64,000 nucleotides of DNA from Salinispira sp. (GCA_965226555.1 CBDDDG010000001.1:1-64000), one strand, 5' to 3'. Positions 29,212 through 40,094 are shown, numbered from the stretch's first letter. The notes: a model not told the origin generated them from the sequence alone. Program-made: numbers and translations.

Positions 29212-30885
29212 TCAATAGGCAATAATCTCAGTATACCATAACGGAAACGCTACATCGTTCGTTTGTCCGCGGCCCACTCTAGACCCCGCAAACATATTGC
29301 TGACCGTTACGGTATATTTGTTCGCTACCTTCGTCCAATGTTCCTTCCATTCCTCAAGATCTTGATTGAATACGGTTGCGTTAACAAACATATTGCTCAT
29401 ATCCGTTACCGAACTGACATTCCAGCCAGAGATATTGGCATTAAATACGCTTGTTCCAAAGAACATCTGACTCATAATCGTTACCGAGCTGACATCCCAA
29501 CCGGAGATATCGCCATTGAATGCGGGTGCGTTATTAAACATATTGCCTATATTCGTTACCGAGCTGACATCCCAGAGCGAGATATCGCCATTGAATGCTC
29601 TTGCGCTAATGAACATAGCGGACATATTCGTTACCGCTGTAGTATCCCAAGCGGAGATATCGCCATTGAATGCGGGTGCGCTATTGAACATACTGCGCAT
29701 ATTCGTTACCGCGGCGGTATTCCAGAGCGAAATATCACCATTGAATGTGATTTTTTCCTTGAAAATCTCGGACATATCAGTTACTGCCGCGGTAATAATG
29801 TAGTTGAAATCGGCAGTATTGCCCCAGTTTGATATTCCCGCATCTACCGCTGCTTTCAGTTCATCGTTAGTTGTTGGACTCACGGTAACATAGAAATACT
29901 CGGCAAAGAGTATGTCTCTATTTTCTGTTTCACCATATATCAGATATTTTCCTGCCGTTGTACTTGTAGTAACCGTAACAATTCCGGTACTCGCATTAAC
30001 TGTCGGAATGGTGACTCCTGTGGGCGCAGTTGCGGGGGTTACCTTCAGGTCTCCTCCAGTAACCGAAAGAGGGTCTGGTTCTACCGTGGTCAAAGAAAAG
30101 TTGATGTTCAGGTTCTCGTTGGCAATACTGGCAGTAACAATGGCATTATCGGCAGCCAAAAGGCTTATAGACCCTTCCTCCCCTGAAGGAATCTCTGTCG
30201 GAGAAAATAGCGGCGATTCCGTTACGGGTGCAGACCAGGGTCCAGCGCCAACCGCATTGACAGCGCGCATCTGCACTTGGTAGAGAGCACCGTTTGTCAG
30301 GCCGGTAATGGTGTGGTCTGTTCCGGTGATGCCGGAAGCAGCCGTCCATGTAGTTACGCCGACTTCGCGATATATCAGCTCATACCCGGTAATTTCGCTC
30401 CCGTTATCGTCCGGTTCAGACCATCTCGCAACGATCCGCCCAGTGCCCGCATAAAGGGTTGGGGCAGCCGGCGCGTCAGGAACGGCGGCAGAGGGAGTTG
30501 CAGCGGCAGGGAGAGTTGCAACGGCAGATTCCGACCAGCCGCCAGTGCCCTGCGCGTTGACGGCGCGCGCCTGTACGTGGTACTCGGCGGCGTTTGTCAG
30601 CCCGGTAATGGTGTAGCTTGCGGCTGGCGCGGCTAATACAATAATTTCCGACCACATGGTACCGCCGTCCGCGCTATGGTGAAGGTGGTATGTGGTAATT
30701 TCGCTGCCGCCATTGTTCGGCGCAGTCCAGTTAACCGTTAGTTGCCCATTCCCCGCTTTAAGGTCTGGGGCACCTATTGTGCCCGGCACAGTTGGCTCGG
30801 GTTCCGGCATCGGACATGCAGCAATTAGTGCTATGCACATAGCGCAGAATAGAAACCGGGTTCCCGTATATAATTTAATGTTCAT
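29212..30885 (-). CDS. Surface lipoprotein with two fibronectin type III domains and DUF285/BspA-like 25-aa repeats
   Basis: Lipobox LIAAC; W..P.NGGSEIT.Y...YTITGLTN...VQARAVN twice; FNGDISxWDVSSVTNMxxMF repeats; RBS GAGGAG. Confidence 0.88.
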   Translation of the reverse strand: MNIKLYTGTRFLFCAMCIALIAACPMPEPEPTVPGTIGAPDLKAGNGQLTVNWTAPNNGGSEITTYHLHHSADGGTMWSEIIVLAAPAASYTITGLTNAAEYHVQARAVNAQGTGGWSESAVATLPAAATPSAAVPDAPAAPTLYAGTGRIVARWSEPDDNGSEITGYELIYREVGVTTWTAASGITGTDHTITGLTNGALYQVQMRAVNAVGAGPWSAPVTESPLFSPTEIPSGEEGSISLLAADNAIVTASIANENLNINFSLTTVEPDPLSVTGGDLKVTPATAPTGVTIPTVNASTGIVTVTTSTTAGKYLIYGETENRDILFAEYFYVTVSPTTNDELKAAVDAGISNWGNTADFNYIITAAVTDMSEIFKEKITFNGDISLWNTAAVTNMRSMFNSAPAFNGDISAWDTTAVTNMSAMFISARAFNGDISLWDVSSVTNIGNMFNNAPAFNGDISGWDVSSVTIMSQMFFGTSVFNANISGWNVSSVTDMSNMFVNATVFNQDLEEWKEHWTKVANKYTVTVSNMFAGSRVGRGQTNDVAFPLWYTEIIAY

Positions 30886-31826
30886 GATTAACTCCTCACG
30901 ATAAATTATAAGATTGTTGCATAATATCATGCCCAAAGAATCCATGCAATAGTAATATTTTGCAAAAGGCAAACTTTTTTCAAATTTTTTCCAAAAAGAT
31001 AGTCAAAAATGACCGTTTACCCGTCACAGATATAGAGGAGAGAATTCACCATGGGACCATGTCGCCATGGGAGCTCCCCTATTCAGAAAGAAACGTTCAT
31101 AAGAAACATTCAGGAGGAATTATATGATCGATTTCAAAGAAAAACCCGCCCCCGTTCCCTACGACCAAGGATACCGCTCCCTGCTGTTCCAACCCGCAAT
31201 AATGCTCCAATTTCTTCAACGCTTTGTCGGAGGCGCATGGACGAAAAAACTGCGAATCGAGGATATAACCATTGAAAACGGTACCTTTTTCATCGACCAT
31301 GCGAAAACACGGATGGCCGACATTGTCTGCAAAATCAGAAGTCGGGATCACACGGGAGATGTTGCTATCTATGTGCTCCTTGAGCATCAGTCCGGCGTGG
31401 ACAAAGACATGCCCCTCCGCATGTCGGAGTATACGAATTTGCTCTACCGGAACATTCACCGCTCCGGCGCAATTCCCGATGACTGCGAGTTGATATTTCT
31501 TCCCATTGTGTTCTATAATGGCACGAGAAAATGGAAGGTGCCGGGGAATGTCAGAAAGCAACGGAAGCGGAAATTCCCGCAGTATCTTGCTCCCTTTCCT
31601 TATGATCTTATTAGTGAGAGCGATTATTCTGCGGAGCAGCTGCAGCAGCGGGGAAGAATGTTTGCGGCTGTTATGTACCTTGATCTGTACTCGAAAAATC
31701 TGCTGAATACGGATTGGGACATTCAGAAGGTGGAGAAAGCGATAGCAGAAATGCTGAATGAGGAATCGCTGGAGCTGATAGAGGAATTTATCGGCGTGGT
31801 AGATTCTATGTTCGGAATTGTTATAG

Positions 31827-33550
31827 GAGCCTGTCGGACTTTACCCGGGTTGATAGTGGTATTGCGTTTGATTGGAGAATCTGATATAGTTTTTTCATGC
31901 AACGATTTAAGTCATGTAGTCAAGATCAACAATTCCTGATGCCTCTTGATATGAGAGATTGGGTTCCCGAAGATCATCTGGTCAATTTTATTAACGAAGC
32001 GGTAAGCACCATAGACAGTACCGTTTTTCATATCAATAGGCGGGGAAGCGGGAGCGAGCAATATCATCCGAAAATGATGCTTGCCTTGCTGATATATAGC
32101 TACACGGAAGGACGATTTAGCAGTCGCCGGATAGAACGGTCAACGTACGAGAATATCTGTGCGCTCTATCTGACCGGCAACACGCATCCCGATCACGATA
32201 CTATTTGTCGCTTTCGCCGAAAAAATACAGAAGCGATACACAAAGCGTTTATCCGTATTCTGCTGCTTGCCAAAGAGATAGGCATTCTGAAGGTCGGGAC
32301 GGTCAGTATAGATGGGACACACATTAAAGCCAATGCGAGTAAATTCGAAAATGTGAGCTATGATCGGGCTGAGGAGCTGGAGAAACGGCTTGATGAGGAC
32401 ATTCAGAAATTGTTAGTGGAGGCAGAAGCGGCCGATACCGCAGACGATGAGGATGCGAACAGATTACCACAGGAGATTGCCCGAAGGCAGAAACTCCGCG
32501 AAAAGATGATCCATGCGCGAGCTGAAGTGGAAAGACGCGCGCGTGTCCGCGAGGAAAGAGAACAGGAGAAAGCGGAGAAAAAAGATGGAGCAAATGATAC
32601 GGAAGATGTTTCCCCGGCGGGGGAGCGAAGACAGACGCTCAGAGCGAAGGGCCTCCTGATCGGGCGATCCCGCCTGCGGACGGACAGAAAACACTTTTTG
32701 CCGATGATGATCCTGAAGACATTTCAGCGAAGGCGCAGGAGATTCTGCCGAAGGGCGAGCAGGCATGCAACAACACTGATCCTGACAGCCGTATTATGAC
32801 AAAGGGATCGGGAACACAGCAGGCCTATAATGCTCAGGCGGTAGTCGATGCCGATGGCACGCAATTAATTGTCGGGACGCGTGTTTCCCAGTGTTCATCT
32901 GACCGGAATGAACTGGTAAACGATTGTCTCTCTGTTCCCCCAGATGTCGGGAAGCCCGAGCGAGCGCTTGCTGACGCGGGCTTTGTCAATGGCGATGAAG
33001 TGAAAACAGTAGAGGAAGAAATGGGGATAGATGTTCTGGTGTCTGTTCGGGCTGAAGAGACACATAATCCGCGAGAATACGACTATCGACCGGAAGAGAA
33101 GAAGGCCAACACCACGCCTCCAAAAGAATCCAAGCCATGGATAAAAGATATGAACGCCAAATTTCAGAAGTCCGAGAACCGAAAACTCTATGCCCGCAGG
33201 AAGCAGACGGTGGAACCGGTATTCGGGATTATTAAGCAGTGCATGGGATTTCGACAATTTCTCCACAGAGGCCTTGCACATGTTACGAGTGAATGGGAAC
33301 TTGTCGCGTTGGCTTATAATTGCAAGAGACTTCATCGACTGAAAATGACCTATGGATAATAGAAAAACTCCCCCCGTTGCGCCCGCGCATAGTTCCAACT
33401 GGCATCATCGAAGCGCGAATGGGTTCACGATGCCACCCCGCGCCTGAAGAAAACAACGCGATAACTGACGGCAATACTCATTCCCACCATCATTCCCACA
33501 TCCATCGACTCCACATCAAACAACATGAGGTATTTATGTACGACAGGCTC
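31827..33550 (+). mobile_element. IS1182-family insertion sequence
   Basis: IR GAGCCTGTCG / CGACAGGCTC; imperfect 4-bp flanks ATAG/GTAG. Confidence 0.88.
31897..33359 (+). pseudogene. IS1182-family transposase with one frameshift
   Basis: YHPKMML, SSRRIE, PDHDTICRFR, IDGTHIKANAS; second frame TDPDSRIM, AYNAQ, ADAGF, RKQTVEPVFG; shift probably at the G5 run 32619-32623. Confidence 0.88.
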
Positions 33551-33619
33551 GTAGACTTCGATACGCTAATGAACCAGTTAGAAAGAACAAAAGAACCGAG
33601 AGGTAAGGAGGTAGCAAAA

Positions 33620-34000
33620 ATGTTCAGAATGAATGCGGAAACATTCAGAGCGCGCATTGCGGAAATGGGTCGGCAGGAAGGACTGCAGAAGGGGCTACAG
33701 ACAGGTCGGCAGGAAGGACTTCAGACAGGTCGTGAAGAAGGACTTCAGAAGGGGCTACAGACAGGTCGGCAGGAAGGACTGCGAACAGGTCGTGAAGAAG
33801 GACTTCAAAAGGGGCTACAGGCAGGTCGGCAGGAAGGACTGCGAACAGGCCGTGAAGAAGGCATTCGAGAAACGGCCCGCAGTATGTTTTTGGAAGGGTT
33901 GTCGACCGAGGCTGTTCAGAGAATTACCGGGCTGAGCGATGAGGAAATGCGTGAGTTTCCAGAGTTTCCCAATACTGTGAATAAGACTTTACGGAGGTAA
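33620..34000 (+). CDS. Putative intragenic small antitoxin (RpnS-type) with GRQEGLQKGLQT repeats
   Basis: AAGGAGG (33605-33611) then in-frame ATG 33620; 12-nt-based, 60-nt higher-order repeats at about 33668-33862. Confidence 0.65.
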   Translation: MFRMNAETFRARIAEMGRQEGLQKGLQTGRQEGLQTGREEGLQKGLQTGRQEGLRTGREEGLQKGLQAGRQEGLRTGREEGIRETARSMFLEGLSTEAVQRITGLSDEEMREFPEFPNTVNKTLRR

Positions 34001-34006
34001 TGTACG

Positions 34007-34582
34007 ATGCAAATAGATACGCCATACGCTCAAAGCTGGAAACAAGCTTTCGGGAATTCCAAGATATTCCGGGACTTCATACATTGGTACTTCAATAAGG
34101 AGCTCGCGCGGAGCATTGTTCCCGAGAGCATGGAGAGTATCAACACAGAACTTAGTCATACCGGTGACCCCACACATCCGGTCCCTGCTCTCATTTACAA
34201 AACACGCTGCAATTTCAAAGATAGCGCGCGGAAACCGTTCAATGTGTACTTCATCATTGAATTTCAGTCGGTAGATGATGACAACATGCCCGGGAAAATG
34301 TTGTCATATGCCAATCACTTATACGAACGCCTTCCCCGATTGAAGGATGATAAAAACGACTACCGAATAATCACGATTGTGATAAACGCCCAATCTGGCA
34401 TGCACATGATGGATCAGGACCCCCGCACAATAGATTTTCAATCATATTTTGACTCAGGTATTCCAATATCCCCCTATTATCAGGTCAACATTGAGAATTT
34501 CAGTGACGAGGAACTGATATCTGCCGGCGGGGTCATTTCGGCAATGATGTATATGGAGAGAATGTCGTGGCAGCCGAAATAG
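34007..34582 (+). pseudogene. C-terminally truncated Rpn-family protein
   Basis: Paralogous to 27824-28759 but ends at SAMMYMERMSWQPK; HD changed to YA and SDI to PAL. Confidence 0.8.
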
Positions 34583-34757
34583 AAGAGTAACTGCGCAGCT
34601 TTCTGAATGATGGCTGCCCAATTGTGCCCGCGGTGCATAACTTCATAAGTGCTCACAGTCCATCAGTCCATGAACAGGTCTTGATAATCTTGCCGACTAT
34701 TAAGCGCTTTTCGTTTTTGCATGGGGAATGCGCGTGGCGCACAAAATGCAAAAATTT

Positions 34758-35642
34758 CTACGGCGCCTGTTTCTGATATGCCTGTTTCTGAATAAAGCGG
34801 TCAACCAGAAACCTTCCGACACTGAGCCGCGGCGGCATGGGGGGAATTTCATGGGCTTTAAACCATTGGGCATCAAGCAATTCTTCCTTTTGAATACATA
34901 CATTTCCCGCCACATAATCGGCAGTAAAGGCAAGCATCTGCGAGTTTGGAAAGGGCCAGGCCTGGCTTTTAATATATTGAACATTTGTAATTTTAACATT
35001 GGTTTCTTCCAGAACTTCCCGATGAACAGCATCTTCCACTGTTTCACCAGCCTCCACATAGCCTGCAACAAGTCCGTAAAATGAAGAAAGGCTGCGCGTG
35101 CTTTTTACCATGAGAAGTTCATCGTTTCGATGCACCGCAACAATAACAGCAGGGGATATCTGCGGATAATACAATTCAGTGCACGCAGGACACTGCATGG
35201 CAAGTTCTGTACCGAGAACCTGAAGTTCCATACCGCAGACGCCGCAAAACCGGGTTCTCCGTCTCCAATGGGCGATTATACGTGCCCGGCAGCAGGTTTC
35301 AAAATAGTCGGAATTGAGGAGCTGTAATCCATAACGCAGTTTTATGAAAAAATACTGTCCGGCAGGTAGGGAATTGAGCAGTGAGGAATCTTTCAGAAGC
35401 TCTATTCGGGAGGCAGAAACCTTCTGTTCCGATATGAACCCGCACCACACAGATCTGTTCTGAAACATCCCGATAAAACTCAATTCACGTGCTTCAAAAC
35501 CGCCGGCATGAGGAAAATGAGGAATGACAACCCGCTCACCCGTCCACTCAAGAAGAATAACATCACTGTGATCCGGGGCAAAAAGAATGAAAATATCATC
35601 ATCGCGCGGAACCGATTCTTTATTAAAGTTTATCGTCAGCAT
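34758..35642 (-). CDS. nudC: NAD(+) diphosphatase NudC
   Basis: FCGVCG..CPAC zinc site, YPQISPAVIV, Nudix box AGYVEAGETVEDAVHREVLEE, SQAWPFP. Confidence 0.95.
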   Translation of the reverse strand: MLTINFNKESVPRDDDIFILFAPDHSDVILLEWTGERVVIPHFPHAGGFEARELSFIGMFQNRSVWCGFISEQKVSASRIELLKDSSLLNSLPAGQYFFIKLRYGLQLLNSDYFETCCRARIIAHWRRRTRFCGVCGMELQVLGTELAMQCPACTELYYPQISPAVIVAVHRNDELLMVKSTRSLSSFYGLVAGYVEAGETVEDAVHREVLEETNVKITNVQYIKSQAWPFPNSQMLAFTADYVAGNVCIQKEELLDAQWFKAHEIPPMPPRLSVGRFLVDRFIQKQAYQKQAP

Positions 35643-35723
35643 AATACATTACTTCAGGTACTATCCGGCAACTCTGACCAGCGCGGCAACCCACTCCGGT
35701 AGCTCCGACCCGCGCGGCGGCAC

Positions 35724-36311
35724 CTACAGCTCAATACGACCCTTCAGACTTCGTGCCAGTGTGTAGCGGTCAGCATATTCAAGGTCGCCGCCCATTGGAA
35801 GGCCGAGGGCAGGGCGTGTTATCCGCAGCCCTGAATCCGCAAGCAGATTTTTCAGATAGAGGGCAGTCGCATCGCCTTCTACCGTTGGATTTGTCGCAAT
35901 AATAAGCTCTTCAAACGAAGCATTCTGAATGCGCGCGGCAAGATTTCCAAGGTTAAGATCGGCGGGTCCAATACCATCGAGCGGAGCAAGCGCGCCATGG
36001 AGAACATGATAATATCCGTAAAATTCATGGGCTGTTTCAAGAACAATAACATCCTGCGGCCGCTCAACAATACACAGTATGCGGGAGTCTCTTCGCGAAT
36101 CCCGACAAATTGCGCATTGTTCCTGCTCTGAGTAGTTACCGCAGACGGCGCAGCGGACAATTGAATGCGGGAGTGAGGTAATAAGCTCCCCCAATGTCCG
36201 CAAATAATCCCGATCGCATGTCAGCAGATAATACGTAAGGCGGCGCGCGCTTTTGCTTCCAATTCCCGGAAGACGAGAAAATGAATGTACAAGGCGTTCC
36301 AGATGATCCAT
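35724..36311 (-). CDS. recR: Recombination protein RecR
   Basis: LPGIGSKSARRL, CAVC..CAIC, YHVLHG, ATNPTVEGDATA, GGDLEYAD. Confidence 0.97.
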   Translation of the reverse strand: MDHLERLVHSFSRLPGIGSKSARRLTYYLLTCDRDYLRTLGELITSLPHSIVRCAVCGNYSEQEQCAICRDSRRDSRILCIVERPQDVIVLETAHEFYGYYHVLHGALAPLDGIGPADLNLGNLAARIQNASFEELIIATNPTVEGDATALYLKNLLADSGLRITRPALGLPMGGDLEYADRYTLARSLKGRIEL

Positions 36312-36318
36312 GCGGTAA

Positions 36319-36627
36319 TTAATTCATGAAACCGGGAGGAATGTTAAGCCCCATATTTCCAACCTGCGCAGATAGTTGTTCCTTAAGCAGCGCCATTGCG
36401 TTGGAATGAGCGGCCTTTACAAGATCCTGAAGTGTCTCAACATCATTAATGTCTATTGCGTCTTTGTTTATGTGAACATCAACAATTGACATATTGCCCG
36501 CAAGAACAATTTTCACCATGTCGCCTCCGGCCGAGCCGGTTACCTGTATGGAGGAAATTTGTTCCTGATAGTCTTTCAGTTTACCCTGAATGTTTTCAAA
36601 ATTTTTAAATAAATCCATTGGATTCAT
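36319..36627 (-). CDS. ybaB: YbaB/EbfC nucleoid-associated protein
   Basis: GSAGGDMV, LQDLVKAA; lies between dnaX and recR. Confidence 0.92.
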   Translation of the reverse strand: MNPMDLFKNFENIQGKLKDYQEQISSIQVTGSAGGDMVKIVLAGNMSIVDVHINKDAIDINDVETLQDLVKAAHSNAMALLKEQLSAQVGNMGLNIPPGFMN

Positions 36628-36660
36628 GCCGACACCTCTCTGTATCGCGGCTGTACGATG

Positions 36661-38304
36661 CTATTGTATTATCTCACCATTGAAAATTTCTTTGATCTTT
36701 TCAATGCGCGTATCTTCTGATACCTTCGTTTTCGGTATTTTTTGAATGGAAAGATCAATGCTGACAGTAATGTTATACAATTTTTTAATAGTTTTCGATA
36801 TGAGTTCCGTATTTTGGGTGAGTATTCCGAGCTGCATATCATTGTCGAGTTCTATTTTCAGCGATGTATCTTCATGCTTCCAGTGCCGGCAGCCTTTCAG
36901 AATGCTTGCCAGACTCGGACTCTCCGATTGAACTGTTTCAACCAACTGTTCCCACATATCTCGGGTTATGGTTGATCCGGTTGTGGGAGATGAGGGCGCT
37001 GGGGGGATCGCGGCGGCAGGCGCGGTGGGCGCGCGCGCGGCAGCGGCAGCAGACGGAGCGGGGCGCGCGGGCGCGGGGGGGGGCGCGGCGGATGCAGATG
37101 GGTCGGGATTGTTTGACGGGATTGCGCCGGTATGTTCGCTGCCGGATATTGATAGTATCGATTCCCGAAGATGTTTTATTTTGGTAATAATTTCTGCTGG
37201 TTCAAAATAGTGGCGGATTTTACCCAGACGGCTTATGAGAAGTTCAAGTTCTAGGCGGTCATTCAAGGTATAACGGATATCCCGGTATGCTTGGAGAAGG
37301 AGTTCGAGAATTTTTTCGAGCTGGGTTGTTGTGAAGGCCTGAATAACATTTTCAGGGAAGGTGCTGAGGGGGTGCCATAAAAGGCCTTCGCGCCGAATGC
37401 CCTGCTGTATGAATAAAATACTTCTGAAATAGTCGCTGAGATCAATTATCATCTGCTCCACTGTTGTGCCGCCGGCAAGAATGGAATCGAGATATTCCAT
37501 GCTTCCTGCCTGATCTTCATTGATTATGTATTCAGTAAGCGTGTTAATTTCATCAATTCCCGGCAGGTTTAGTTTATCTCTGATTTTTGCCAGCGTGATT
37601 TTGGTTTCCGAGAATGAACTTACCTGATCTAAGAGGGTATAGGCATCGCGCATTGAGCCGGCGGCCTCCCGGGCAATCCAGAAGAGGGCATCATCGTCGG
37701 CCTCTACGGGCGGTACCGCATCGGCGCAGGCTTCCTTGAGCAGGCTGATAATATCTTCCGGAGGAATGAGCCTGAAATTGAACTGCTGGCAGCGGGAACG
37801 GATGGTGGCAGGCACCTTATGTATCTCCGTAGTAGCAAATATGAAGATAATATACTGCGGCGGTTCTTCAATTGTTTTAAGCAGGGCATTAAATGCTGAG
37901 TTGGAAAGCATATGAACTTCATCAATTATGTAAATTTTATAGCGGCTATTCTGGGGCGGAAAGAGTATTTCATCCCGAATGGCGCGAATATCATTCACAG
38001 AAGTATTTGATGCTCCATCAATTTCAATGACATCGAGCGCAATGCCTCTGCTGATATCCTCCGCTCCCGAATAGTCAAAACAGGTATCGCTGCCCATGTT
38101 TTTTTCATCCGGACAGTTAAGCGCCCGAGCAAGAATGCGGGCGGTCGATGTTTTTCCAACGCCGCGCGCCCCCGAAAACAGATAGGCATGAGCAATTTGA
38201 CCGCTTTTGAGCGCATTCATGAGAGTAAGGGCAACAAAGTCCTGCCCAATGAGCCCCTTAAAGTTCCGGGGACGTTTTCGTATCGCGGTTACTTCATATT
38301 TCAT
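36661..38304 (-). CDS. dnaX: DNA polymerase III subunit gamma/tau
   Basis: HAYLFSGARGVGKTS, IEIDGASN, IIDEVHMLS, ALLKTIEEPP, TIRSRC. Confidence 0.97.
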   Translation of the reverse strand: MKYEVTAIRKRPRNFKGLIGQDFVALTLMNALKSGQIAHAYLFSGARGVGKTSTARILARALNCPDEKNMGSDTCFDYSGAEDISRGIALDVIEIDGASNTSVNDIRAIRDEILFPPQNSRYKIYIIDEVHMLSNSAFNALLKTIEEPPQYIIFIFATTEIHKVPATIRSRCQQFNFRLIPPEDIISLLKEACADAVPPVEADDDALFWIAREAAGSMRDAYTLLDQVSSFSETKITLAKIRDKLNLPGIDEINTLTEYIINEDQAGSMEYLDSILAGGTTVEQMIIDLSDYFRSILFIQQGIRREGLLWHPLSTFPENVIQAFTTTQLEKILELLLQAYRDIRYTLNDRLELELLISRLGKIRHYFEPAEIITKIKHLRESILSISGSEHTGAIPSNNPDPSASAAPPPAPARPAPSAAAAARAPTAPAAAIPPAPSSPTTGSTITRDMWEQLVETVQSESPSLASILKGCRHWKHEDTSLKIELDNDMQLGILTQNTELISKTIKKLYNITVSIDLSIQKIPKTKVSEDTRIEKIKEIFNGEIIQ

Positions 38305-38374
38305 ACATCATCCACTGTCATTATCGTATGCCATTACTATCATAACAGACATATAAATAAACATACCAGAAAAA

Positions 38375-38502
38375 ACCCCTTCGGCTCCAATCAACCATAA
38401 CTGCAGCACATGCACCGATTACTTACCGCTGCTCCCTTCCAGGCCTGACGGGGTTAGGTAACGGTACATTGCGCAGCGCCTGATCTTCAACGCCGAAGGG
38501 GT
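38375..38502 (-). ncRNA. ffs: Signal recognition particle RNA
   Basis: Domain IV CCGTCAGGCCTGGAAGGGAGCAGCGG on the minus strand; closing stem ACCCCTTCGGC/GCCGAAGGGGT; upstream of dnaX. Confidence 0.92.
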
Positions 38503-38504
38503 AA

Positions 38505-38591
38505 CGGAGAGAGAGGGATTCGAACCCTCGGTACCCGTTAGAGCACACACGCGTTCCAGGCGTGCACCTTCAACCACTCGGTCACCTCTCC
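38505..38591 (-). tRNA. tRNA-Ser(GGA)
   Basis: GGAGAGG acceptor, loop CT-GGA-AC, long variable arm, GGTTCGAATCC. Confidence 0.95.
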
Positions 38592-38612
38592 AAAAAAATA
38601 TTTGGAGCCTGC

Positions 38613-38686
38613 CGATTCCGAGTGGATTCGAACCACCGACCTTCAGATCCGCAATCTGATGCTCTATCCAGCTGAGCTACGGAATC
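38613..38686 (-). tRNA. tRNA-Arg(GCG)
   Basis: GATTCCG/CGGAATC acceptor, TCAGA-TT-GCG-GA-TCTGA anticodon arm, GGTTCGAATCC. Confidence 0.93.
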
Positions 38687-38691
38687 GTTAT

Positions 38692-38779
38692 CGGAGAGGG
38701 TGGGATTTGAACCCACGGTACCCGGTTAAGGCACAACTCCTTAGCAGGGAGCCCGATTCAACCGCTCTCGCACCTCTCC
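38692..38779 (-). tRNA. tRNA-Ser(GCT)
   Basis: GGAGAGG acceptor, loop CT-GCT-AA, long variable arm, GGTTCAAATCC. Confidence 0.95.
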
Positions 38780-38842
38780 AAACAACCGATAGTTATTCTA
38801 CATGACTTTAATAGTTTTTGCAATGAATGATTTTTTGATTTT

Positions 38843-40094
38843 TGGGATATTAAGGTTTGAACAGACCCCACTTTGACCTATTATGCGATCATTTCTTCCG
38901 AGTGCCAAGCCCTCCATCGCTCAAGCGTCGGCCGTGTGAGCCGTTGCTCCATTATGATCGGCTTGAGCCGGAGAATATCACTATCCACATTGGTATTCCG
39001 TTGCCTCAAAAGATCCAGCGGAGTCCCTTTTCGGTAGGTGTTGAACCGCCGGTAATTGAAATCTATCTGATACTCCTCGGCTTCCTTAAGAAACTCATTG
39101 AGCTTTGGATTCATCACCTGACTGTAGAACTCATCCTCAATGAGCCGGTGCGAGGACTCGACAGAACTGTTCCATGTGCAATGCCCGGGCGGAATACGCC
39201 GATACTCGACACCCGCCTGTATGAGCGCCTGCTCAAACCCCGATGTTCGGGTTTTGCTCAGATGTCGAACGGTGAACTCTGCCCCGTTATCGGTCTGAAC
39301 CGTTATGTCCTTGGCAAGGTCTCCGTCATGATTCCGCAGGTGCTCCAGCAGGTACTCGGCGAACAAGGTTGTTACCATACTGCTCTTCTCATTGGCAAAG
39401 GCGTACCACAGAGCCCCTGTCGCCCGATCCCGGGCAGTTATCTGGTACTTCGGAACGTCTAAACACTTCTGAGAAAACCGCATAGCGGGAATGTCCGTCA
39501 GATACTTGATATCAATCTGAATGCACTCGCCGAACTTCATCCTGTCGGTTACCTCCCGCAAATCTCTCTTGGGCCGCGCCTTCGGCTTCTTTGTTTTCTG
39601 CGCCCCTATCTGCTTTAGCGTCTTGATAATCGTCGGCAGGCTGTACTTCCCGCCAACTTCCGCCTTCAACTGCTTTTGCACCTGCGTTCCAATGATTTTG
39701 TTGTGATTCCGATTCTTGGTCTGGACAAGACTCTCGAGATGACACCGGTGCCCGAATTTCATCTTCATCGGATGATTGGTCGTGCCCCGCTTTTTGTCTT
39801 CAAGCCCCTCGCCGGATTCAAAGCGCCGAACCCACCGCCGCACCGTGTTGCGCGACACCTCGAACTCCCGAGCAGCCGCCTTGATCGAATGCTCCTGGGC
39901 ATACCGAACCATCCGCAACCGCCAATCATACATCGAAGCCGCCTGATACTTCCGAGACTTGAGATGATACTGAGAATATGTGATACTACTGTTCACTGTT
40001 TCCCTCCTTTTATGTTTTATACAACCCCCAGTGTATACGAATAACCTTCGTTTTACACTGGGGAGGAGGGGTCTGTCCAAAGGTTTATATCCCA
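38843..40094 (-). mobile_element. Second copy of the IS481-like element, 15-bp target duplication
   Basis: Same 1252-bp length and identical translated ORFs as 18297-19548; TGATTTTTTGATTTT at 38828-38842 and 40095-40109. Confidence 0.93.
38881..39996 (-). CDS. DDE integrase-core transposase (IS481-like)
   Basis: Same translation as 18335-19450. Confidence 0.9.
   Translation of the reverse strand: MNSSITYSQYHLKSRKYQAASMYDWRLRMVRYAQEHSIKAAAREFEVSRNTVRRWVRRFESGEGLEDKKRGTTNHPMKMKFGHRCHLESLVQTKNRNHNKIIGTQVQKQLKAEVGGKYSLPTIIKTLKQIGAQKTKKPKARPKRDLREVTDRMKFGECIQIDIKYLTDIPAMRFSQKCLDVPKYQITARDRATGALWYAFANEKSSMVTTLFAEYLLEHLRNHDGDLAKDITVQTDNGAEFTVRHLSKTRTSGFEQALIQAGVEYRRIPPGHCTWNSSVESSHRLIEDEFYSQVMNPKLNEFLKEAEEYQIDFNYRRFNTYRKGTPLDLLRQRNTNVDSDILRLKPIIMEQRLTRPTLERWRAWHSEEMIA

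Larger units (their letters stand above)
31124..34000 (+). pseudogene. Rpn-family nuclease interrupted by an IS1182-family element
   Basis: YDQGY, ADIV, LLEHQS, MPLRM before 31826; removing 31827-33554 rejoins in frame ...GIVIDFDTLM...GRQEG repeats. Confidence 0.88.
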
